A stretch of 32,000 nucleotides of DNA from Archaeoglobus fulgidus DSM 4304 (GTDB taxonomy: Archaea; Halobacteriota; Archaeoglobi; Archaeoglobales; Archaeoglobaceae): contig NC_000917.1 in NCBI RefSeq assembly GCF_000008665.1, forward strand, positions 570,001-602,000, written 5' to 3'. The notes under the pieces were generated by a model that was given only the letters and a program-made list of their open reading frames with translations, did no database searches and had not been told where the DNA came from. Numbering within the stretch: the first letter of the stretch is position 1; every line of letters starts with the position of its first letter. Of this stretch, positions 8,331 to 15,191 are shown in pieces. The position numbers were made by a program, and so were the translations under genes.

Positions 8331-9299
8331 ATGAACCTTGGATTCAGAGTGACAGGGAAGTTTGTAAGGGAACTTCTGGATGTTTTGGATGAAATTGCAG
8401 AGGAGATAAGACAGGAGGAGAAGGAAAAGTATCCGTACACAGAATGGGAGAGGAAGAGAGAAGTTGTTAAGGAAAGGCTGAGAAAACTCCCTGAATACGT
8501 TAGAGAGGCTATTTCTGTGATAACCGTGCAAAAGAGGGTGGGAAGACCAAAGAAAGTTGATCTGGAGAAGAGAGTTATGCTCTTTCTGTTTGCAAGGCTG
8601 ATGGACAAATCAAACAGAGATATTGAGGAGCTTTTAGAGCTGTTTGAACCTTTATTCGGGATAAAGGTTAGCTACAAAACGATAGAAAGATTATACTCGG
8701 ATGAAGAAGTTAGAATGGCTTTACACAACCTCTTCATCCTTCTGCTTAGAGAGGAAGGAGTTTCAGGAGATTTTTCAGGAGATGGGACAGGATACAGCCT
8801 AACCATCACTAAGCACTATAGAAGCAATCCTAAAAGGAAAGGTAAAGACTTCAGATACGTTTTCAGGATAATTGACATCGATACGGGAATGTACGTTGGC
8901 TTTGGCTATTCTGACAGATCTGAGAAAGATGCCTTTGAGAAGGCTTTAGGAATGCTCAAAAGCATGGGGGTGAAGGTAAACTCGATTTCTCTGGATAAGT
9001 ATTACAGCAGTAGGAAGACTCTGAGGCTGTTTGATGCTGAGACAGCTGTCTACGTCATTCCAAAGCGAAATCTTGCCAGAATAGGATTTGACTGGTTGAG
9101 GGTTATCGAGAGGATTGTTGAAGCTCCTTATAGGTTTCTGAAGAGGTACTTCAAGAGGAACTTAAGTGAGGCAGGATTTTCTGCTGATAAGAGGAGATTT
9201 GGATGGTTGATAAGGCAGAGGAGGGAGGACAGGAGAGAGATGGCTTTGTTTGCTGTTGGGCTGTGGCACAATGTGTTTGCTGTTAGGGTGGTGAGGTAA
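8331..9299 (+). CDS. IS transposase (DDE type)
   Basis: 322 aa; GDFSGDGTGYSLTITKHY, FRYVFRIIDIDTGMYVGFGYSDRSEKDAFEKAL, VNSISLDKYYSSRKTLRLF, C-terminal FGWLIRQRREDRREMALFAVGLWHNVFAVRVVR; lies between the inverted repeats and its stop codon overlaps the right terminus. Confidence 0.9.
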   Translation: MNLGFRVTGKFVRELLDVLDEIAEEIRQEEKEKYPYTEWERKREVVKERLRKLPEYVREAISVITVQKRVGRPKKVDLEKRVMLFLFARLMDKSNRDIEELLELFEPLFGIKVSYKTIERLYSDEEVRMALHNLFILLLREEGVSGDFSGDGTGYSLTITKHYRSNPKRKGKDFRYVFRIIDIDTGMYVGFGYSDRSEKDAFEKALGMLKSMGVKVNSISLDKYYSSRKTLRLFDAETAVYVIPKRNLARIGFDWLRVIERIVEAPYRFLKRYFKRNLSEAGFSADKRRFGWLIRQRREDRREMALFAVGLWHNVFAVRVVR

Positions 9300-9314
9300 T
9301 TTTGTCCCAAAGTC

Positions 9315-9325
9315 GGAGGAAGCGG
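9315..9325. repeat. Right flanking direct repeat (putative target duplication) GGAGGAAGCGG
   Basis: Identical to 8092-8102 across the IS. Confidence 0.75.
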
Positions 9326-9381
9326 AAATTTTAAATTTTCCCTTTTGAAAATTCGTAGTCCAAAAGGGAAAAATTTTAAAG
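9326..9381. promoter_or_regulatory. Divergent promoter/operator with dyad symmetry
   Basis: Exact arms TTTTCCCTTTTG (9336-9347) and CAAAAGGGAAAA (9361-9372), imperfectly extended to AAATTTTCCC.../...GGGAAAAATTT; TATA-like AAAATTTAAAATTT on minus (9326-9339) and AAATTTTAAAGG on plus (9371-9382). Confidence 0.6.
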
Positions 9382-9401
9382 GATTATGCTCTTTTATGGT
9401 T

Positions 9402-9866
9402 ATGATATACCGCCTTGCCGAATGCATTGCGAGGGGAGAAGATTTCGGAAGTTGCCTCCAGAAATTGCTCGATGAGAGGGGAATGCATCCCTCCGAATTT
9501 GCAAAGAGGGCGAACATCCCTTTATCCTCTCTCTACAAGATTTTAAAGGGGAGCAAGCCCAGATACGACAACATAACAAGGATTTTTTCGGCACTTTACG
9601 AAAAAAAGGGGTTTGTGGCGTTGATCGCAGCAAGATACGTTTTAGAAGAACTTAAATTCGGGGAAAAAGTCAGGGTTTATCCCGTTTCGACTCTTGAGGA
9701 TGCAATAGTTGCCGTTGTGAGGGCCGAGAAGGATGGTGCGAGGGCGATAGTCTGCGCCCCCATACTCAGTAGCCTCGCAGAAAAAGTTGTTGACGTGCCT
9801 GTGATAACAATTAAGCCCGGAAAAAGCGTAATTGAGGCTGTAGAGGCAGCCATGAAGCTAATATAG
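9402..9866 (+). CDS. XRE-family helix-turn-helix transcriptional regulator with archaeal C-terminal domain (COG1709-like)
   Basis: Start trimmed from 9345 to ATG 9402 (9396 also possible): MIYRLAECIARGEDFGSCLQKLLDERGMHPSEFAKRANIPLSSLYKILKGSKPRYDNITRIFSAL (HTH), then VYPVSTLEDAIVAVVRAEKDGARAIVCAPILSSLAEKVVDVPVITIKP. Confidence 0.8.
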   Translation: MIYRLAECIARGEDFGSCLQKLLDERGMHPSEFAKRANIPLSSLYKILKGSKPRYDNITRIFSALYEKKGFVALIAARYVLEELKFGEKVRVYPVSTLEDAIVAVVRAEKDGARAIVCAPILSSLAEKVVDVPVITIKPGKSVIEAVEAAMKLI

Positions 9867-10153
9867 CTAAACACCTCTCAGCGTCTCCCTAACGTAAAGC
9901 TTCACGCACCTTCTGTTCTCAATCAGGTGGAGAAGGATTGCCACAACTCCAAAAATCGCCGCGTAGGTGTGCACATCCTGCCAGAACGACTTCTGGAATC
10001 CGAGAATTACCAGCTGCCCTGATTTGGCCCGTGAGGCCAGAGGTAAAGCAGTATTCCGGTAAAGGCTATAATTACTCCTGAAAGCACCATGAAGTAGAAC
10101 AGAACCAGCCGTCTGATTTTTGCGAGCTTCATGCTTTTTCTTCTCAGTCGCAT
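9867..10153 (-). pseudogene. DUF4405-like small membrane protein gene, interrupted by a 1-nt frameshift
   Basis: Manual translation. Frame 1 from ATG 10153: MRLRRKSMKLAKIRRLVLFYFMVLSGVIIAFTGILLYLWPHGPNQGSW* (TAA 10009-10007). The shifted frame continues VILGFQKSFWQDVHTYAA...GVVAILLHLIENRRCVKLYVRETLRGV* (TAG 9869-9867). Total 287 nt = 3n-1. Absent from the ORF track. Confidence 0.65.
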
Positions 10154-10173
10154 TTTTAACTCTTCTTCAGAAA

Positions 10174-10183
10174 AATTTAAATT
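10174..10183. promoter_or_regulatory. Palindromic TATA-like element AATTTAAATT between divergent genes
   Basis: Its centre is about 25 nt from ATG 10153 (minus) and about 28 nt from ATG 10207 (plus). Confidence 0.5.
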
Positions 10184-10206
10184 AACGCAAAATTAGGCAG
10201 CAAGGT

Positions 10207-10593
10207 ATGAAGCAGCAGGTCGAAGTGAGACAGCTCAGAGAGGGAGGTTATGTGGTTATTGATGATGAGCCTTGCGAAATCCTCAGCATCTCCGTCAGCA
10301 AGCCCGGAAAGCACGGTGCGGCTAAGGCGAGGATCGACGCCATAGGCATCTTTGATTCGCAGAAGAGGAGCATCGTGCAGCCGGTAACGGCAAAAATCTA
10401 CGTGCCCATTGTGGAGAGAAAGAGGGCGCAGATAATCAGCGTTACGGGAAACGTTGCACAGCTCATGGACCTCGAAACCTATGAAACCTTTGAACTTGAG
10501 GTTCCCGAAGAACTCAAGGACAAAATGGAGCAGGGAAGAGAAGTCATTTACCTTGAATCTCTCGGAAAGAGAAAAATTGAAAGAATGGCTTAA
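10207..10593 (+). CDS. eif5A: Translation initiation factor 5A (aIF5A, hypusine-containing)
   Basis: 128 aa; CEILSISVSKPGKHGAAKARIDAIGIFDSQKRSIVQP contains the hypusination loop SKPGKHGAAK. Confidence 0.97.
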   Translation: MKQQVEVRQLREGGYVVIDDEPCEILSISVSKPGKHGAAKARIDAIGIFDSQKRSIVQPVTAKIYVPIVERKRAQIISVTGNVAQLMDLETYETFELEVPEELKDKMEQGREVIYLESLGKRKIERMA

Positions 10594-11420
10594 TGCACAT
10601 CGATTCCTACTTTTCCCTTTCAAACTGCGATGCCGAGGAGGCTGAATACCTAATCTACGGTATCCCCTACGACGCAACTCAGTCGTTCAAGCCTGGCTCT
10701 CGCTTCGCTCCCAACGCGATAAGAGAGGCAAGCTGGAATCTGGAGTCCTATTCGAACCTTTTTGACGTGGAGCTTTCGCTGGTCAAAGTGGGCGATGCGG
10801 GCAACATAAACTGCGATGGCGGTTTTGAGCAGATTGTTGAGAGAACGAAGGAATTTCTTGGTGAAGTTGAGGGTTTTCCCGTAGCCATTGGTGGAGAGCA
10901 CTCAATCAGCTTTGCAGCAACGAGCAAGTTCAGAAAAGCGTGCTTCGTCGTTTTCGATGCGCACTTTGATTTGAGAGACGAGTTCGATGGGGACAGGTTC
11001 AACCACGCCTGCACAACGCGGAGAATCTTTGAGAGCGGGATGCGGGTGGCAATTTTCGGCGTCAGGAGCGGTATTAAAGAGGAGAAGAGGTTTGCGGAGG
11101 AAAACGGAATAAAATACCTCCACGCGTGGGACTTTGAGGTCGAGAAGGCGGTTAAAATGGTGGAGGACTTTGACAAAATCTACGTTTCCCTTGACGTGGA
11201 CGCTTTCGACCCCGCCTTCGCTCCCGGCGTTTCAACGCCTGAGCCTTTTGGTTTGAAGCCTATAGATTTTATTAGGTTTTTTGCAGGCATAGCAGACAGA
11301 GTTGTTGGTTTTGATGTTGTAGAGGTTGTTCCCGACTCGAACAAGGTTACTCAGACTCTCGCTGCGAAAATCATACTTGAGGCCATTGCGGCAAAGGTCA
11401 GGTGTGATATTCCGAAATAA
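10593..11420 (+). CDS. speB: Agmatinase/ureohydrolase
   Basis: 275 aa; GIPYDATQSFKPGSRFAPNAIREAS, GGEHSISFAA, VVFDAHFDLRDEFDGDRFNHACTTRRI, VSLDVDAFDPAFAPGVSTPEPFG: ureohydrolase metal-binding motifs. The start codon overlaps the aIF5A stop (TAATG). Confidence 0.95.
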   Translation: MHIDSYFSLSNCDAEEAEYLIYGIPYDATQSFKPGSRFAPNAIREASWNLESYSNLFDVELSLVKVGDAGNINCDGGFEQIVERTKEFLGEVEGFPVAIGGEHSISFAATSKFRKACFVVFDAHFDLRDEFDGDRFNHACTTRRIFESGMRVAIFGVRSGIKEEKRFAEENGIKYLHAWDFEVEKAVKMVEDFDKIYVSLDVDAFDPAFAPGVSTPEPFGLKPIDFIRFFAGIADRVVGFDVVEVVPDSNKVTQTLAAKIILEAIAAKVRCDIPK

Positions 11421-11515
11421 AAGCTTTCAGCATCGAAATTCAGGCTCATGTGAGGCTTAAAGCAATTATACCGTAAAAACTTTTGCACATTTTGACAATC
11501 TTCGACTCAACCAAG

Positions 11516-11552
11516 AGCGGAAGGATTTTATAAACTACCACAACCTTCCGCT
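11516..11552. promoter_or_regulatory. icd promoter: TATA box bracketed by a perfect inverted repeat
   Basis: AGCGGAAGG (11516-11524), ATTTTATAAA (11525-11534), CCTTCCGCT (11544-11552) directly abutting the ATG at 11553. Confidence 0.65.
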
Positions 11553-12791
11553 ATGCAGTACGAGAAGGTCAAACCTCCAGAGAACGGAGAAAAGATAAGA
11601 TATGAAAACGGCAAACTCATCGTTCCAGATAACCCCATCATCCCGTATTTCGAGGGAGATGGCATAGGCAAGGATGTGGTTCCAGCTGCAATCAGAGTTC
11701 TCGATGCCGCTGCTGATAAGATTGGCAAGGAAGTCGTCTGGTTTCAGGTTTATGCTGGGGAGGATGCCTACAAGCTCTACGGCAACTATCTGCCTGATGA
11801 CACTCTGAACGCCATAAAGGAGTTCAGAGTTGCCTTAAAAGGCCCTCTCACAACCCCCGTTGGAGGTGGCTACAGGAGTCTAAATGTCACAATCAGACAG
11901 GTTCTCGACCTCTATGCCAATGTTAGGCCAGTCTACTACCTGAAAGGAGTTCCAAGCCCGATAAAGCATCCTGAAAAGGTCAACTTCGTTATTTTCAGGG
12001 AGAACACCGAAGACGTTTACGCTGGCATTGAGTGGCCGAGGGGTAGCGAGGAAGCCCTTAAGTTAATAAGATTCCTCAAGAACGAGTTTGGTGTCACCAT
12101 AAGGGAGGACTCTGGAATCGGAATAAAGCCGATCAGCGAGTTTGCCACCAAGAGGCTTGTCAGGATGGCCATCAGATATGCAATAGAGAACAACAGGAAA
12201 AGCGTGACTCTCGTCCACAAGGGCAACATAATGAAGTACACGGAGGGAGCCTTCAGGGATTGGGGCTACGAGGTGGCAAAGCAGGAGTTTGGCGAGTATT
12301 GCATAACAGAGGACGAGCTCTGGGACAAGTACGGCGGGAAGCAGCCTGAGGGCAAGATCGTGGTGAAGGACAGGATTGCGGACAACATGTTCCAGCAGAT
12401 TCTGACGAGGACAGATGAGTATGACGTCATTGCCCTGCCAAACCTCAATGGTGATTACCTCAGCGATGCTGCTGCTGCCCTGATTGGGGGACTTGGAATA
12501 GCTCCGGGCAGCAACATAGGTGATGGCATTGGCGTCTTCGAGCCTGTGCACGGCTCTGCACCGAAGTACGCTGGCCAGAACAAGGTCAACCCCACAGCCG
12601 AAATTCTCACAGGAGCGCTGATGTTCGAGTACATCGGCTGGAAGGATGCGAGCGAGATGATAAAGAAAGCTGTGGAGATGACGATAAGCAGCGGAATTGT
12701 TACCTACGACATCCACCGCCACATGGGCGGGACGAAGGTAGGAACGAGGGAGTTTGCAGAGGCTGTGGTTGAAAACCTGCAGTCGCTATGA
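11553..12791 (+). CDS. icd: Isocitrate dehydrogenase (NADP-type)
   Basis: 412 aa; [123 protein letters not shown]-like [12 protein letters not shown]. Confidence 0.97.
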   Translation: MQYEKVKPPENGEKIRYENGKLIVPDNPIIPYFEGDGIGKDVVPAAIRVLDAAADKIGKEVVWFQVYAGEDAYKLYGNYLPDDTLNAIKEFRVALKGPLTTPVGGGYRSLNVTIRQVLDLYANVRPVYYLKGVPSPIKHPEKVNFVIFRENTEDVYAGIEWPRGSEEALKLIRFLKNEFGVTIREDSGIGIKPISEFATKRLVRMAIRYAIENNRKSVTLVHKGNIMKYTEGAFRDWGYEVAKQEFGEYCITEDELWDKYGGKQPEGKIVVKDRIADNMFQQILTRTDEYDVIALPNLNGDYLSDAAAALIGGLGIAPGSNIGDGIGVFEPVHGSAPKYAGQNKVNPTAEILTGALMFEYIGWKDASEMIKKAVEMTISSGIVTYDIHRHMGGTKVGTREFAEAVVENLQSL

Positions 12792-13726
12792 TTCAGATTT
12801 ACGGCGCGGGAATAGCAGGCACCTACCTCTACCACCTTTTATCCTCTGAGGGATTTGAGGTTGCCATCTACGACAAAAGAAGTGAGCCTGACTGTAGATG
12901 TGCTTGGGGAATAGTTTACAGCGAAGCCAAGAGCTTTTACTCCGACATCGGCATCAACTTCGACGATTACGTGATTCTCAAACCAGAATACGTCGTCGCC
13001 AACGGAATCTGGCTGAAGAACAGGGACATAGTGATGTTCGATAAAAAATCTCTCCTTGCTGACCTCTGGGTTGAGATGAGAAAAGCCGAGAATCCTGAAA
13101 TCATTGTCGATGCCACTGGCTCCTCCAGAGCCTTTTTGCCCAAGATTGCTAACGATAGAGTTCTGCCGACTGTTCAAACCACCGAAAAGCACGATGTTGA
13201 GCCAAACCTCTACATCCAGATGGAAAGAACAGGCTACGCGTGGGCCTTTCCCCTTGGCGACGGATGGTGGCACATTGGGGCTGGGAATGTTGAAAAGGGG
13301 GAAATTGAAAGGCTGCTGAATGAGCTTAGAGCTAAATACGGCTTTAATCCCACAGATTCAACATGCAGGTGTACGGGCAAAGTAAGAATGCTCCCGCCCT
13401 CGCGCTGCAGACCCTTCATCAGCGGTAACGTTGTGGGAGTTGGTGAGGCAATAGGCTGTGTTAGCGGTGCGGGAGAGGGGAACGCCCCTGCCCTCGCATC
13501 CGCAAAAATTCTTGCCGAATGCATGATAAATTCTGAGCTGGAAAAATACGAGGAGAGGATTCTGAAGGAGCTTGAGTGGATTGAGAACGAGCAGAGGTTT
13601 GTGGATGCCATGCTCAACAACAACCGCCTAACCGCCCTAAAACTTCTGCCCAAAATCATAGCAGTTGAGAGCAGGAGAACAGTTAAGCACTCCCTCAGTG
13701 AAATCAGGAAGCTCATAGGGCTATGA
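12788..13726 (+). CDS. FAD-dependent oxidoreductase, geranylgeranyl-reductase-like
   Basis: 312 aa; [28 protein letters not shown] dinucleotide-binding motif, [55 protein letters not shown]; translationally coupled to icd (ATGA). Confidence 0.8.
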   Translation: MIQIYGAGIAGTYLYHLLSSEGFEVAIYDKRSEPDCRCAWGIVYSEAKSFYSDIGINFDDYVILKPEYVVANGIWLKNRDIVMFDKKSLLADLWVEMRKAENPEIIVDATGSSRAFLPKIANDRVLPTVQTTEKHDVEPNLYIQMERTGYAWAFPLGDGWWHIGAGNVEKGEIERLLNELRAKYGFNPTDSTCRCTGKVRMLPPSRCRPFISGNVVGVGEAIGCVSGAGEGNAPALASAKILAECMINSELEKYEERILKELEWIENEQRFVDAMLNNNRLTALKLLPKIIAVESRRTVKHSLSEIRKLIGL

Positions 13727-14424
13727 GAAGGTTCAAGTTCCAATACAAGGAGACCATTGTAACAATTCTAACCGAGAACGAGGAATTCTACAAAACGGCT
13801 GTGAAGGCCATCCTTGAGGCGAGGAGCGAAATTGAGGACTACATTTTGCACAATCCTGACTTCTTCACCAGCTACGAGCCGATTGAGTGCTCAGGAGGAG
13901 AAATCATAAACAGAATGTGCAACGCTGCAAAAATTGCAGGAGTGGGGCCGATGGCAGCAGTCGCAGGAACTATCGCTGCATACGCAGTTGAAAAAATGAT
14001 TGATGCTGGAGCAAAGCTTGCTGTCGTAGATAACGGAGGAGATATAGTTATCCACTCCGACAGAGAGCTGCTGGTTGGAATTTATCCCTCAAAACTCGCC
14101 TTCAAAGTTCCTCCAGTCGATTATCTTGCCATCTGCACTTCCAGCGGTAAAATTGGCCACTCTGTGAGCTTTGGCAAAGCGGATGCAGCCACTGTTGTTG
14201 CGAGAGACGCAAGTGTTGCCGACGCCCTCGCCACTGCTCTTGGGAATTTGATAGGGGATTTTGGAAAAAAGGAGCTTGAAAAGACCGTTTCAGAGTTTTA
14301 CGGCAAGTATTCTGACTTTGTTGAAGGAATTCTTGTCGTGAAAGATGAGCTGGTAGCTTTAGCCGGCAATCTCCCATCCCTCGCTTTTGCCGAATCCAAG
14401 GAGGATTTGATAACCAAAGGTTGA
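13723..14424 (+). CDS. UPF0280 (ApbE-like) family protein
   Basis: 233 aa; NRMCNAAKIAGVGPMAAVAGTIAAYAVEKMIDAGAKLAVVDNGGDIVIHS, FGKADAATVVARDASVADALATALGN; overlaps the upstream stop. Confidence 0.85.
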   Translation: MRRFKFQYKETIVTILTENEEFYKTAVKAILEARSEIEDYILHNPDFFTSYEPIECSGGEIINRMCNAAKIAGVGPMAAVAGTIAAYAVEKMIDAGAKLAVVDNGGDIVIHSDRELLVGIYPSKLAFKVPPVDYLAICTSSGKIGHSVSFGKADAATVVARDASVADALATALGNLIGDFGKKELEKTVSEFYGKYSDFVEGILVVKDELVALAGNLPSLAFAESKEDLITKG

Positions 14425-14559
14425 ATTACAACTATTGATAATTGCTTATATTTTTACGATTACAATCATTATGAGTAACAGTTAAATAGCATGAGGACAA
14501 GACATTATCATGAAGTTGATGATTACCATAATAATGAGAACTGATAGGAGGTGAGGAAA

Positions 14560-14913
14560 ATGGTAAGCGAGGCAGAGTTCATGGCGGCACTTGCAAAGTT
14601 TGCTGAGACCTCAGCAACAGCCAGTGCTGCTGCAGATAGAGTTATAGCGGTGGCGAACGTTGATGCCAGCAGGATTGCGGATGAGTTCAACGCCCTTCTC
14701 GGATGGGCAATGAAGATTGCAACGCTTCTGCTTGAGGAAATTTCCAAGAATCCCTCGCTAAAGGCTGAAATGGCCGAATCTCATCAAATGCTCTTCGGCA
14801 ATCTCGGTACAATAGTTCCAGCGCTGCTAAAATTCGGCCCCTACATTAACCAGATTCTGGGAAACTTCGGCCTTTCGCTTGGCAAGCTGTTCGGAATAGT
14901 TTTGGCCTTCTGA
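14560..14913 (+). CDS. Hypothetical alanine-rich helical protein
   Basis: 117 aa from ATG 14560, preceded by the strong Shine-Dalgarno GGAGGTG (14547-14553); the ORF-track start 14551 is a GTG inside the SD region. No family recognised. Confidence 0.7.
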   Translation: MVSEAEFMAALAKFAETSATASAAADRVIAVANVDASRIADEFNALLGWAMKIATLLLEEISKNPSLKAEMAESHQMLFGNLGTIVPALLKFGPYINQILGNFGLSLGKLFGIVLAF

Positions 14914-14960
14914 CTATCTTTTAGGGGAAAAGTATTAAAGCCTCTTTTGAACTTTAATTC

Positions 14961-15191
14961 ATGGTAATCGGAGTAACTATGGTCAACGTTGCTCCTGGAA
15001 AGGAGAAGGATGTCTATCTCGCGGTTAAGGGCAAAAAAGGCGTTCGCGAGGTTTACCATGTTTTTGGCGAGTTCGATTTTGTTGTAATAATCGAAACCAG
15101 CAGCTTGTCTGAGCTGAACAAGCTCGTTGACGAGATAAGAGGTATTGAAGGGGTAACGAAAACACAGACGGTGATAGGAGCCGAGATATGA
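14961..15191 (+). CDS. Standalone Lrp/AsnC effector-binding (RAM) domain protein
   Basis: 76 aa; GVTMVNVAPGKEKDVYLAVKGKKGVREVYHVFGEFDFVVIIETSSLSELNKLVDEIRGIEGVTKTQTVIG; no HTH. Confidence 0.87.
   Translation: MVIGVTMVNVAPGKEKDVYLAVKGKKGVREVYHVFGEFDFVVIIETSSLSELNKLVDEIRGIEGVTKTQTVIGAEI

Larger units (their letters stand above)
8103..9314. mobile_element. Complete insertion sequence of about 1.2 kb, probably the A. fulgidus ISA1214 type
   Basis: Inverted termini TTTGGGACAAAATT (8104-8117) and AATTTTGTCCCAAA (9298-9311); 11-bp direct repeat GGAGGAAGCGG immediately outside both ends (8092-8102 and 9315-9325); encloses a transposase and a divergent small ORF. Exact ends are +/- a few nt. The ISA1214 name is from recall. 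Confidence 0.88.

Noticed and set aside
8324-9517. Antisense ORFs 8324..8608 (-) and 9128..9517 (-)
   Set aside because: Both are shadows of the transposase and of the regulator/promoter region; there is no protein motif and they cross the IS boundary.
10177-10901. Antisense ORFs around aIF5A/agmatinase (10177..10677, 10650..10901)
   Set aside because: Opposite strand of unmistakable aIF5A and ureohydrolase motifs, with no homologous pattern.
12063-12722. 219-aa minus-strand ORF inside icd
   Set aside because: Shadow ORF; the icd catalytic motifs are on the plus strand in this region.
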